Of a stretch of DNA of 32,000 bases, positions 1-11,554 are shown piece by piece (position 1 is the first letter of the stretch; each line of letters starts with the position of its first letter). The stretch comes from Maledivibacter halophilus. GTDB taxonomy: Bacteria; Bacillota; Clostridia; Peptostreptococcales; Caminicellaceae. The translations under genes and the position numbers were made by a program. The notes beneath the pieces are model-generated. The model was not told the origin of the DNA and ran no database searches. It saw only the letters and a list, made by a program, of their open reading frames with translations. The DNA lies in the NCBI RefSeq assembly GCF_900167445.1, contig NZ_FUZT01000003.1, forward strand, positions 215,400 to 247,399, in the 5' to 3' direction.

Positions 1-886
<886 letters not shown>

Positions 887-903
887 CTACTCACCCCTAT
901 CAC

Positions 904-1446
904 TTACACTATGATTTGAGATAGACTTTCCTTCATTTCTTCAAGTCTACTCTTTATTGTTCCATCAATGACCTTGTCACCTATCTTAATTAAAATTCCG
1001 CCTACAACACTTTCTTCTATCTCATTTGAAAGATTAACAGTTTTTCCTGTTAAAGAAGATAGCTTATTTTGAAGTATCATTTTATCTTCTTTCTTTAGAG
1101 GAACAGCCGTTATTGCCACAGCCTTGACTATTCCCTTATGCTTATTAACCATATCTTCATATGACCATTTTATTTGCTCAATAAAATGGCCTCTTCTTTT
1201 ATCAATTATTATTTTTAGAAAATTATTCATTTCCTTGCTCAATTTATCACCAAAAACTTTTTCTATTACTTCTTTCTTTTCATCTACTTTAACCAATGGA
1301 GTTTTAAATAACTCATAAAAATCTTCATGGATTTCAAATGTTTCCAATACAAAGCTAAGCTCATCTAAAAACAAATCCATCTTGTTTTCTTCTAATGCCA
1401 CTTCAAATAAAGCCTCTGAATATGTTTTGGATACTAATTTTGCCAT
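904..1446 (-). CDS. atpH: F0F1 ATP synthase subunit delta
   Basis: 180 aa ORF, AtpH-like (SKTYSEALFEVALEEN...; C-term GGILIKIGDKVIDGTIKSRLEEMK); slightly overlaps atpF. Confidence 0.96.
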   Translation of the reverse strand: MAKLVSKTYSEALFEVALEENKMDLFLDELSFVLETFEIHEDFYELFKTPLVKVDEKKEVIEKVFGDKLSKEMNNFLKIIIDKRRGHFIEQIKWSYEDMVNKHKGIVKAVAITAVPLKKEDKMILQNKLSSLTGKTVNLSNEIEESVVGGILIKIGDKVIDGTIKSRLEEMKESLSQIIV

Positions 1447-1949
1447 CTTGTTTCCCCTACCTCATCTATAAACTTTCTTACAAGGTTATTATGCTTTTTC
1501 TCATTTAAGTCCTCTTCAATGACTTTAGAAGCAGCTAGCATGGCAATAGAAGCTATTTCATCCTTAAGTGAATTTATAGCCTTTTCTCTTTCTCTCTCTA
1601 TTTCTAGATTAGCTCTTTCCTTTATTTCCTTTGCTTCTTTTTCAGCTGCCTTTACGATTTCACTGGCCCTTTCTTCAGCCCTTTTAGCAGCATCCCTTAC
1701 TATCTGTCTTCCTTCTTCCTGGGAAGCTTCAATTTTACTAATATATTCACTCTTATACTTTTCAGCTTCTTCATTTCTTGCTTCAGCCCTTTCTATAGAC
1801 TCAGCAATTTCACTTTTTCTCTTTTCCATAAACTCGGAAACTGGTTTGAATAGAAGCTTTTTGAGGATAAGAAATAGTATAAATGTATTAATTAATTGAA
1901 ACCAAAAAGTCGCACTCGGGTCAACTAATCCAAACTTCAACCCTTCCAT
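1434..1949 (-). CDS. atpF: F0F1 ATP synthase subunit b
   Basis: 171 aa; one N-terminal TM segment, then a long charged helix (FWFQLINTFILFLILKKLLFKPVSEFMEKRKSEI...). Confidence 0.96.
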   Translation of the reverse strand: MEGLKFGLVDPSATFWFQLINTFILFLILKKLLFKPVSEFMEKRKSEIAESIERAEARNEEAEKYKSEYISKIEASQEEGRQIVRDAAKRAEERASEIVKAAEKEAKEIKERANLEIEREREKAINSLKDEIASIAMLAASKVIEEDLNEKKHNNLVRKFIDEVGETRWQN

Positions 1950-2077
1950 TTAGACGCCTCCTTTACAAACCGAATTATATTAACAGCAAAATTTATTATA
2001 ATTTAAATTCAGCTATTTAAAATCGGAGATTTTCAAAACTGGAGATGGTTTTCCATCTCCATTTAATCTAAAAATTT

Positions 2078-2347
<270 letters not shown>

Positions 2348-2429
2348 TCACTCTTAAAATTCGTTTTCAAATTTGTGGGAAATATTTTTTGATTTGTACA
2401 CAAGTATCTAATTTGCAATAATATTAAAC

Positions 2430-2996
<567 letters not shown>

Positions 2997-3093
2997 CTAA
3001 TTTGAGGAAATCTCATAGCTTTTAATTTAGCTATAAAATAAAGCACTCAAACCTTTGAAATAATACTCAAACCTCTTTGTTATAAATAAAACT

Positions 3094-3792
3094 TTAATCC
3101 ATAGCCATTGATATAAATACCATGGTAAGCATAGCAAAAATGAAAGATTGGAGTAATCCTGCAAATAAATCAAAATAAATATGAAGCACTGCAGGGATCC
3201 CTGCTTGCAGTATTGGTATTCCAATACCCAATGCACCACTCAAAAATCCTAATGCATTGTATAAAAGAGCCATAATAATTACTCCACCTACAATATTACC
3301 AAATAGACGAAAGGCTAAGGATACTGGGTTAGCAAGTTCTCCTATAATATTAATTGGTAATAAAATAGGTATAGGTTCCAAAAAGCCTTTGAAATAACCT
3401 TTAATTCCATTGGATTTAAGACCATTATACTGAACCATACAAAATGTAATTATAGAAAGGGCAAATGTAGTATTAACATCTGCTGTCGGTGGTCTAAGAC
3501 CAAACAAACCAGAAATATTTGCTATTCCTATAAAAATTAAGAGAGTTCCTACATAGGGTGCAAAACCCATTTTGTCTTCACCCATAGTTTGTTTTGTTAG
3601 ATTATAGATAGATTCTACCAAAACCTCAACTACATTTTGCAACTTACCTGGAACCTTATCAAATTTTTTAGTAGCAAAATATGCAAAAAGACCAAGAACT
3701 AAGATAATAAACCATGTGACAGTTACAGTTTGACTAACTGCTATACCACCTGGCAATTCTATAACTTTATAAGGTCCAAAGCCGCCATTCAT
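3094..3792 (-). CDS. atpB: F0F1 ATP synthase subunit a
   Basis: 232 aa; contains NPVSLAFRLFGNIVGG with the essential Arg; overlaps the preceding gene by 4 nt. Confidence 0.97.
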   Translation of the reverse strand: MNGGFGPYKVIELPGGIAVSQTVTVTWFIILVLGLFAYFATKKFDKVPGKLQNVVEVLVESIYNLTKQTMGEDKMGFAPYVGTLLIFIGIANISGLFGLRPPTADVNTTFALSIITFCMVQYNGLKSNGIKGYFKGFLEPIPILLPINIIGELANPVSLAFRLFGNIVGGVIIMALLYNALGFLSGALGIGIPILQAGIPAVLHIYFDLFAGLLQSFIFAMLTMVFISMAMD

Positions 3793-4199
3793 TGGTTGTC
3801 CTCCCTTCTCTTAAAAATTCTTTTGTAATATTCCTTACTGTCAAACAAATGTGTTGAAAATACTGCTATTTTCACTAAAAGCAAACCAATAATTGTGGCA
3901 AATCCATTTAAATGATCTGCCCTTAGAGAAACTACTATAACAATTCCAGTGGTAATGTATCTTAACATATACCTAGAGGAAGTATAGCCCTGAGCTCTTC
4001 CTGGATTCATTGTAACTGCTTTCTCAATAGTTTTTCCCAAGTGAATAAAATTTAGTATTCCTATTAGTCCACCAAAAATATACCCTAGTATATGGGGCTT
4101 TGGGTTTTCAGATGCAAAGAAAGCTATTACAATTAAACCACAAAGTAAAACTAAAACTCTTTTAATAATCTTAACTTGTAATTCATAGGTTTTATTCAA
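3789..4199 (-). CDS. atpI: ATP synthase subunit I-like membrane protein
   Basis: 136 aa hydrophobic protein immediately upstream of atpB, with an AtpI-like TM pattern. Confidence 0.75.
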   Translation of the reverse strand: MNKTYELQVKIIKRVLVLLCGLIVIAFFASENPKPHILGYIFGGLIGILNFIHLGKTIEKAVTMNPGRAQGYTSSRYMLRYITTGIVIVVSLRADHLNGFATIIGLLLVKIAVFSTHLFDSKEYYKRIFKRREDNQ

Positions 4200-4206
4200 T
4201 TATGTA

Positions 4207-4431
4207 TCACTTCCTTTTGTTTAATATCTTCATCATAATTTTGTAAAGATTTAAAAATGAAGAAGCAACTCCTAAACCTATAAATATAAATAGGAAAATA
4301 TTACCTGTACCAAACTTATTATCTATATAATTACCAAGTAAAACACATATTACTATAGGTAGAGCCATCATTAAACCAATTTGAGTTAAAAATATTAGAT
4401 TCTCATACATTGTATATTTATTTTTACTCAT
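4207..4431 (-). CDS. AtpZ/AtpQ-like small membrane protein (F0F1-ATPase accessory subunit)
   Basis: 74 aa, two TM segments, GLMMALPIVICVLLGNYIDNKFGTG...FIGLGVASSFLNLYKIMMK; first gene of the atp operon. Confidence 0.75.
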   Translation of the reverse strand: MSKNKYTMYENLIFLTQIGLMMALPIVICVLLGNYIDNKFGTGNIFLFIFIGLGVASSFLNLYKIMMKILNKRK

Positions 4432-5180
4432 CTATTTTTTATCTCCCAAGTATAAAAGTATTGAACTGAAATAATTGCATAATATATATGTAGTGCTTTA
4501 GAAATATTAAAGCCATGTAGTGAAAGAATTTAACAATATTCTTCAAAAAATATAAAATATATAATTTATAATTATTATATATTATTAATATATAATTATA
4601 ACATTAATATTACCACATATAAAATTTTATAATACAAAGAATATTTAGACAAGTATAATAATTTTTTTATATAATCATTATATGATCATCAGATGTTTGT
4701 TAAATTTTCATCAAACCTCGATTAAAATATAATCATGGTTTGCATACTATAATACTATTCGACAATCTTTTTTAATTTCCTTCTTATCTTTTATTATAAA
4801 TTTAATATTTTATAGATGAAGGCTTTTAAAATCCACCTTCGTTCTTATAGTTTTATATACTTTAGGAATTTACATACCTCAAATTTGATAAAATTACATA
4901 TGCGAATATTATCCTTAATTTGACTATTTAGAATAGAATATATTTTCATGATATGGCTTTAAGGATTTTAAACAATATATAGTAGTTAGATTTTTAAGGC
5001 AATTATGGGATTTACTAAAATAATTATAAAAATATGTATTTTTTATGAATTTATGTAAATACTATATATACGGATTTTAAGTAAAAACTTTAATTTATAC
5101 AAATCAAAAACTCTCAAAATCGCAATGTATTTACACATGTATAAATTAAGTTTTTCTTGTAAATCCTATAGAGATTCAAG

Positions 5181-5247
5181 AAAAGAGAGAAGGTTCAATT
5201 ATGTTTTTGGTCCCCCTTTACATAATTTTGAATAAACCTCTCTTTTC
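5181..5247 (-). terminator. Long imperfect hairpin downstream of wecB, putative terminator
   Basis: GAAAAGAGAG..AAGGTTC..AATTATG pairs imperfectly with CATAATTTTGAATAAACCTCTCTTTTC; lies just after the wecB stop at 5276. Left boundary approximate. Confidence 0.45.
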
Positions 5248-5275
5248 TTTTTTACAAATACATTCGAACCGTTAA

Positions 5276-6430
5276 CTACTTATCTTTAAAATACTCCTTT
5301 ATAGCCTTTACTATTCTCTCACTTGCTTTTCCGTCTCCATATGGATTAACGGCACTGGCCATTTTTTTATATTCTTCTTTATTATTTAGTAGTTTATCTG
5401 TCGTATTAAATATTTCTTCCTTCTCTACACCTACTATATTCACCGTTCCTGCCTCAACTGCTTCAGGTCTTTCTGTCTCTGTTCTTAGAACTAATACCGG
5501 TTTGCCAAGGGCAGGAGCCTCTTCTTGAATTCCTCCTGAATCCGTCAAAATTACATATGCTCTATTCATTAAATTTGCAAAAGGCTCATAGTCTAGGGGG
5601 TCTATTAAGTGAACTCTAGGTGTATTTTCCAATATGCTAAATGCTATTTCTCTAACCTTGGGATTGAGATGGATAGGAAATACCACCTCAGCATCTTCAT
5701 TTTTCATTACTATTTCCTTTATTGCTGAAAAAATATTTTCCATAGGTTTTCCAAGATTCTCTCTTCTATGGGAAGTAAGAAGTATAACTTTTTTATTTTT
5801 ATAATCTATATTATTAAGAATATCTAATTCAAATTTATACTCTTCATTGACAATCCCAAGCAAAGCATCAATTACTGTATTACCAGTTACTATTATATCA
5901 TTTTTTTCTATATCTTCTCTAAGAAGATTTTTTTTATTTCCGTTTGTCGGGGCAAAATGAAGATTGGCAAGCCTTCCAGTAAGACTTCTATTCATTTCCT
6001 CAGGATAGGGAGAATACATATTTCCACTTCTAAGTCCAGCTTCAACATGACCTATATTTATCTGATTATAAAATCCAGCCAAAGCACCTACAAATGTAGT
6101 TGTAGTATCTCCATGGACTAATATCATATGGGGGTTTACTTCTTTAATTACTTTCTCTAACCCCATAAGAGCCCTACATGTTATTTCACTTAAGGTTTGT
6201 CCAGATTTCATTATATTCAAATCATACTGTGGGGAAATATTAAAAAGCTTCAAAACCTGATCAAGCATTTCTCTATGTTGGGCAGTAACACACACAATAG
6301 ATTCTATACCATCAGTTTCTTCTAATCTTTTTACTACTGGAGCCATCTTTATTGCCTCAGGTCGTGTACCAAATATAGACATAATTCTTAAGGGATTAAA
6401 AACTGTTCCTTTTTTATTCAAATTATTCAT
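5276..6430 (-). CDS. wecB: UDP-N-acetylglucosamine 2-epimerase (non-hydrolysing)
   Basis: 384 aa; IMSIFGTRPEAIKMAPVVK, GHVEAGLRSGNMYSPYPEEMNR, LTDSGGIQEEAPALGKPVLVLR. Confidence 0.96.
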   Translation of the reverse strand: MNNLNKKGTVFNPLRIMSIFGTRPEAIKMAPVVKRLEETDGIESIVCVTAQHREMLDQVLKLFNISPQYDLNIMKSGQTLSEITCRALMGLEKVIKEVNPHMILVHGDTTTTFVGALAGFYNQINIGHVEAGLRSGNMYSPYPEEMNRSLTGRLANLHFAPTNGNKKNLLREDIEKNDIIVTGNTVIDALLGIVNEEYKFELDILNNIDYKNKKVILLTSHRRENLGKPMENIFSAIKEIVMKNEDAEVVFPIHLNPKVREIAFSILENTPRVHLIDPLDYEPFANLMNRAYVILTDSGGIQEEAPALGKPVLVLRTETERPEAVEAGTVNIVGVEKEEIFNTTDKLLNNKEEYKKMASAVNPYGDGKASERIVKAIKEYFKDK

Positions 6431-6521
6431 CCTTTCAAAATTGAACTATATAGGGTTTATATAGTAAAACAATATTAAATTTAAAAGCCAGCTTTCTTTA
6501 TAGAGGCCAAGCATTAATTAA

Positions 6522-6543
6522 AAAGCCAGGGAATCCTGGCTTT
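6522..6543 (-). terminator. Rho-independent terminator hairpin
   Basis: AAAGCCAGG-ATTC-CCTGGCTTT followed by further Ts on the minus strand; 9-bp perfect stem, 4-nt loop. Confidence 0.75.
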
Positions 6544-6579
6544 CTATTAAAAGTCATATAAAACTTAATAAAGGAAGAA

Positions 6580-6684
6580 GCCTCTGAGGTTTCCTTTTGA
6601 GCGATTTTTATAAACCTGTTTATCCTTTTTGATTATTCCATCTAAAACAGGTTTATTACATGAGCCAAAAGGATTCTCAGTGGC
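6580..6684 (-). ncRNA. Candidate structured RNA or leader element upstream of wecB
   Basis: Nested helices: 6580-6588/6676-6684 (one mismatch), 6592-6599/6666-6673 (8 bp perfect), 6610-6621/6645-6656 (12 bp perfect), separated by internal loops; followed on the minus strand by the terminator at 6522-6543. Confidence 0.4.
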
Positions 6685-6755
6685 TGCGACCAATAAATTA
6701 AATTTTACAAGCGTACATTTATATAGGTTAAGGTTAACTTATGTATATTAAAATA

Positions 6756-7847
6756 TTAGTGTCGTTTGTCTGCATTTGAAGCCTTATGCTTTTCAACCCA
6801 TGTTTGATTTATAGGAATTGCCACAATAGCCACAGTTATGACTAACATTATAGCACTGTTTACATATTCCTGCTCTAGTAAAAATGCTCCACTAAAGCCC
6901 AAGAAGGAGCTTATTGTATATAGGATTAAAACCGCTCTTTTTTGACCCATTCCTATGGAAAGTAATCTATGATGTAAATGACCCTTATCAGCTTGCATAA
7001 TAGGTTTCCCATTGAAAGCCCTTCTTAAAATTGCAAATGTAGTATCAAAAATAGGAAGCCCTAATGCAAATATAGGTATAATCATAGCTATAGCGGTAGG
7101 TCCCTTTATAAATCCATTTATAGATATGGCAGCTAGAATATATCCTAAAAATAAAGAACCTGTATCTCCCATAAAAATCTTTGCTGGATTAAAATTATAG
7201 GGTAAAAAGCCTATACAGCTCCCAGCTAAAGCTAATGTCAACATTAAAGTATCCTGGCTATTAGATAATTCTGGTTTGGCATACGCAACATAGGCTAAAG
7301 TTAGTGCTGCTATAGCTGATATTCCTGCTGCTAGCCCATCTAATCCATCAATCAAATTAACAGTATTTGTAATACCCACAACCCAGAATATTGTCAGAGG
7401 TATACTTAAAATACTAAGCTTAATTGTTTCTTGACTTAAAAATCCAATAGTATCGGATTTAAAGAAATTAGTTATGTACTCTATTTTAATTCCAAACTTA
7501 ATAAGTATAATAGCTGCAGCTATTTGCACTAATAATTTCACTTTAGCCGGCAATGGCCTTATATCATCAACAAAACCCATTGCTGCTATAATAAGAGCTC
7601 CTAAAACCATACCAAATATTTCTCTATTGATTTCTAATAAGTTAATTTTAAATAGAATCAATATACTTACTATAAAGCCTAAAAAAATGGCTAGGCCACC
7701 TAGTCTTGGAATTGGAGTTTTGTGTACTCTTCTATCATCCTTTGGTATATCTATAGCCCCTACCTTGTGGGCCAGTTTCTTTACTATAGGAGTTGATAAA
7801 AAGCTTACTAAAGCTGCAATAGCCCCAGGCAAAATAAATCTGGTCAT
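6756..7847 (-). CDS. Undecaprenyl-phosphate GlcNAc-1-phosphate transferase family (TagO/WecA-like, glycosyltransferase 4)
   Basis: 363 aa; DDRRVHKTPIPRLGGLAIFLGF, NLIDGLDGLAAGISAIAA, FMGDTGSLFLGY, DKGHLHHRLL. Confidence 0.93.
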   Translation of the reverse strand: MTRFILPGAIAALVSFLSTPIVKKLAHKVGAIDIPKDDRRVHKTPIPRLGGLAIFLGFIVSILILFKINLLEINREIFGMVLGALIIAAMGFVDDIRPLPAKVKLLVQIAAAIILIKFGIKIEYITNFFKSDTIGFLSQETIKLSILSIPLTIFWVVGITNTVNLIDGLDGLAAGISAIAALTLAYVAYAKPELSNSQDTLMLTLALAGSCIGFLPYNFNPAKIFMGDTGSLFLGYILAAISINGFIKGPTAIAMIIPIFALGLPIFDTTFAILRRAFNGKPIMQADKGHLHHRLLSIGMGQKRAVLILYTISSFLGFSGAFLLEQEYVNSAIMLVITVAIVAIPINQTWVEKHKASNADKRH

Positions 7848-7976
7848 AATTCACACTCCTTGATATAACTTTCAGGTCAATTCTTAATAGTCAGGTTTAG
7901 ACAACTTGTCTCACCAAAGATATTTTATAACAAATTCCTTATAATGTAAACGAAATTTCATATTTGTAATATTATT

Positions 7977-8417
7977 TTAATCATATTTTACCAGCTTTAC
8001 TCCGGCTTCTTCAAGGATTTTTAGTGATAACTCATCAGGATACTTCCCTTTGTAATATATGGTTTTTATCCCTGCATTTATTGCCATTTTAGCACATAAA
8101 ACACAGGGTTGAAGGGTTACATATAGTTCCGAATCCTTTATGCTTACGCCATGATAGGCAGCTTGAATTATGGCATTTTGTTCTGCATGGGTTCCTCTAC
8201 AAAGCTCTGCTCTTTCTCCTGAGGGTATATTCATTTTCTCCCTGTAACATCCAATATCTATGCAATGGGGTGTATTAGCCGGTGCGCCATTATATCCCGT
8301 AGCAAGTATTCTTTTATCCTTAACTATAACAGCACCTACTTTTCGTCTAAGGCAAGTAGATCTGCTTTTTACAACCTCAGCCATTTCCATAAAATAGTCA
8401 TTCCAATTTGGGCGCAT
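7977..8417 (-). CDS. dCMP deaminase / ComEB-like cytidine-deoxycytidylate deaminase
   Basis: 146 aa; GTHAEQNAI and [11 protein letters not shown] zinc-binding motifs; [21 protein letters not shown]. Confidence 0.9.
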   Translation of the reverse strand: MRPNWNDYFMEMAEVVKSRSTCLRRKVGAVIVKDKRILATGYNGAPANTPHCIDIGCYREKMNIPSGERAELCRGTHAEQNAIIQAAYHGVSIKDSELYVTLQPCVLCAKMAINAGIKTIYYKGKYPDELSLKILEEAGVKLVKYD

Positions 8418-8606
8418 GCATCCCCCTCCAATCGATACAAATGCGCCAAAGGACGCATTTGCAGTTTTTTAAGATCAATTTTTCCTAAAGAGTCTTAAAA
8501 AACAATGGTATAATCCATAAATAATAATTATATTAATACCTTCTACATTTTATTCACTCTTACTTTAAATTATTTCTAAATAGTACTTGCTGCTTTGTAC
8601 ATTTTT

Positions 8607-9236
8607 CTACTTTGTTCCAAATAGCCTGTCTCCTGCGTCTCCTAAACCTGGAACTATATATGCATGTTCATCTAATTTTTCGTCAACTGCTGCAACATAT
8701 ATATCTATATCAGGGTGGGCCTTATGAACTGCATCTATTCCTTCTGGTGCTGCAATAAGACATACCAATTTAATATTAGTTGCTCCTTTATCCTTAATAA
8801 ATTTTATAGCAGCCTTTGCAGATCCCCCTGTAGCCAGCATTGGGTCAACAATTATAAGTTCTCTTTCATGTACATCTGTAGGCAATTTGCAATAGTATTC
8901 AACTGGATTTAAAGTTTCCGGATCTCTATATAGTCCAACATGTCCTACTTTGGCAGCTGGAAGCAAATTCAAAAATCCATCCACCATTCCAAGCCCTGCT
9001 CTTAATATTGGAACAATAGCTAATTTTCTGCCTGAAATAACCTTGGATTTAGTCTTGCAAACCGGTGTCTCAATTTCAATATCTTCCAAGGGCAAATCCC
9101 TGGTCACCTCATAGGCCATTAGCATTGAGAGTTCCTTAACCAATTCTTTAAATTCCTTTGTTCCAGTATTTTTATCTCTTATTAATGTTAATTTATGCTG
9201 TAGTAATGGATGATCCATAACAAAAACTTTACTCAT
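8607..9236 (-). CDS. upp: Uracil phosphoribosyltransferase
   Basis: 209 aa; [47 protein letters not shown]. Confidence 0.98.
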   Translation of the reverse strand: MSKVFVMDHPLLQHKLTLIRDKNTGTKEFKELVKELSMLMAYEVTRDLPLEDIEIETPVCKTKSKVISGRKLAIVPILRAGLGMVDGFLNLLPAAKVGHVGLYRDPETLNPVEYYCKLPTDVHERELIIVDPMLATGGSAKAAIKFIKDKGATNIKLVCLIAAPEGIDAVHKAHPDIDIYVAAVDEKLDEHAYIVPGLGDAGDRLFGTK

Positions 9237-9309
9237 TCTAAGCAGCTCCTTCCAGTTATTAAGTTTTAAATTTAAATAAAGATTATAATTTATAGGATTA
9301 AACCTTATA

Positions 9310-9762
9310 TTATCCCTTGAAATATTTAGTTTCTATATCTGTAATTTTTCCTACTCTTCTTTCATGTCTTCCACCTTCAAATTCCTCTTTTAGCCACACA
9401 TCTACAATTTTCAATGCAAGCCCTTGACCAACAACCCTTTCGCCTAATGCAAGGACATTGGCATTGTTATGGGCCCTTGACATTTCTGCTGAAAATGTAT
9501 CGGATACAACGGCACATCTTATGCCAGTTACCTTATTAGCTGATATAGATATTCCTATTCCTGTACCACAGCATACTATTCCTCTATCATAGTCTCCTGA
9601 TTTCACTGCCTCGGCAACCTTCATACCAAATTCAGGATAGTCTACTGATTCAGTAGAGCTTGTTCCAAAGTCTTTATATTCAATGCCCTTTTCCTCCAAA
9701 TGATTTTTAATAGCTTCTTTTAAATTATAGCCACCATGGTCACTACCTATTGCTATTTTCAA
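9310..9762 (-). CDS. rpiB: Ribose-5-phosphate isomerase B
   Basis: 150 aa; [44 protein letters not shown]. Confidence 0.97.
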   Translation of the reverse strand: MKIAIGSDHGGYNLKEAIKNHLEEKGIEYKDFGTSSTESVDYPEFGMKVAEAVKSGDYDRGIVCCGTGIGISISANKVTGIRCAVVSDTFSAEMSRAHNNANVLALGERVVGQGLALKIVDVWLKEEFEGGRHERRVGKITDIETKYFKG

Positions 9763-9846
9763 TTTCTTTTCCTCCTTGAGTTTTGTTAATAAAAAGACGC
9801 AAACCTTTTATATGTTCTACATATTATAAATATATTCCTTCTTTTT

Positions 9847-10302
9847 TTATTTGTAATATTTGCTAACTATTTTTTTTAAAGCTTTTTCTATTTCATCGGC
9901 ACATGCTTTGTACACATCAATATTTTGTCCATATGGATCAGAAATATCAGCTGTTTCTCCATGGGAAAATTCTTTTAGCGTATATAGTTTTTCCTTTGCA
10001 CTTGGCACAGCCCTTAGAATTTGTCTTTTATGGCTATTTGTCATAGTCAGTATAATATCAGATTCTTCAATCATCTCCTTGGTCAATTGTTTAGAAGCAT
10101 GACTATTTAAATCAATATTTTTTTCCTTTAGAGCTTCAATTGCATTCACTGAAGCTTTTTGCCCTTCAGATGCCCAAATTCCTGCTGACAATACTTTTAT
10201 ATCCTTATCTTCATCCAGCTCTTTAATAAGATCCTTAAAAATAGCCTCGGCCATACTACTTCTACATGTATTTCCAGTACATACAAATAGAACAGTTTTC
10301 AC
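9847..10302 (-). CDS. Low-molecular-weight protein phosphatase, possibly arginine phosphatase (YwlE-like)
   Basis: 151 aa; P-loop VLFVCTGNTCRSSMAEA and C-terminal SDPYG. Confidence 0.92.
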   Translation of the reverse strand: MKTVLFVCTGNTCRSSMAEAIFKDLIKELDEDKDIKVLSAGIWASEGQKASVNAIEALKEKNIDLNSHASKQLTKEMIEESDIILTMTNSHKRQILRAVPSAKEKLYTLKEFSHGETADISDPYGQNIDVYKACADEIEKALKKIVSKYYK

Positions 10303-10379
10303 CTATATCCCTCCTTAGTTACTTTATGGTCATATCTTTATTGTCAGTAGATAGTACGAATATTTTACATTTTGAGCCA

Positions 10380-11435
10380 CTACACCCTCACCACATTATG
10401 TCCTGCAGCCTTCATCAGCCTGTTCATTATAGCTTGTCCTATGTTTCTTTCTTCAAAGGTTTCAGCTAATATAATATCCACACCTTTTTCATCAAACTCC
10501 CTCAACACTTTAAAAAGGTTGGCTGCAACAGTTTCTAAACTGCCTCTTTTGCCAACAGATATTATTGCTCCACCCTTATATTTATCCTTTGTTTCATCTG
10601 TAGCCATTATTCCAACCCTATATCCTTCACTCTCTTTAGCCAATCTTAACTCTTCTATCCCTCTAACCATATTGTCCAATTCTCCGCTTATAAGAATTAC
10701 ATCGGCATTTGGTGAATAATGTGTATATTTCATTCCCGGCGATTTCGGTATAAATTCACCAGCTCCACTATTTTTTACGGCAGGGTCAACTTCTACCTCT
10801 CCAATTACCTTCTCCAGCTCTTCCTTTGTAACTCCACCGGGTCTTAAAATCATGGGAGTATCTACGGTAATGTCTACTACTGTTGACTCCACTCCTACAT
10901 CTACATCGCCACCACATATGATAGCATCTACCCTTCCCTTTAGATCCTTTAACACATGGGTTTCCTTTGTAGTGCTTGGCTTACCTGATATATTAGCACT
11001 TGGTGCAGCAATCGGAACACTGGATAGCTCTATTAAAGCCTTTGCAATTGGATGGGAAGGCATTCTAACAGCCACAGTATCTAAACCTCCTGTAACACTT
11101 TTAGGTACTAAAGAAGATTTCTTAAATATTAAGGTCAAAGGCCCTGGCCAAAATGCGTTAATAAGCTTTTCAGCCTTTTCAGGTAACTCTTTGATAAGCC
11201 TATGAATATCTTCATATCTGGCTATATGTACTATAAGGGGGTTATCGGAAGGTCTCCCCTTGGCCTGAAATATTTTCTTAACGGCATCTTCATCTAAAGC
11301 ATTAGCTCCCAATCCATAAACAGTTTCAGTGGGGAACGCAACAGTTCCACCATTTTTTAATATTTTTGCACTTTTTTCCAGTCTATCAATATCTATATTC
11401 TCTTTATCAATGTAAATTATACTGGTTTTTATCAT
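10380..11435 (-). CDS. L-threonylcarbamoyladenylate synthase (Sua5/YwlC type)
   Basis: 351 aa; GGTVAFPTETVYGLGANALDEDAV, KRPSDNPLIVHI, PSANISGKPSTT, KYTHYSPNADV, plus a C-terminal Sua5 extension. Confidence 0.95.
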   Translation of the reverse strand: MIKTSIIYIDKENIDIDRLEKSAKILKNGGTVAFPTETVYGLGANALDEDAVKKIFQAKGRPSDNPLIVHIARYEDIHRLIKELPEKAEKLINAFWPGPLTLIFKKSSLVPKSVTGGLDTVAVRMPSHPIAKALIELSSVPIAAPSANISGKPSTTKETHVLKDLKGRVDAIICGGDVDVGVESTVVDITVDTPMILRPGGVTKEELEKVIGEVEVDPAVKNSGAGEFIPKSPGMKYTHYSPNADVILISGELDNMVRGIEELRLAKESEGYRVGIMATDETKDKYKGGAIISVGKRGSLETVAANLFKVLREFDEKGVDIILAETFEERNIGQAIMNRLMKAAGHNVVRV

Positions 11436-11554
11436 TTGTAATCAATCCTTTATTATCCTCTAGCTGAAAGTAAAAATTATTACAACTTATCAAATCCAAA
11501 TTGTTTGTTTCTATTATACATAAAAATTTATATAAAGTTAAGGGTAAATTGAGC

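Noticed and set aside
6580-6684. Assignment of the structured region to a named riboswitch or to 6S RNA
   Set aside because: Shape is suggestive, but I could not match a conserved core of any known class by eye, so it is left as a candidate only.
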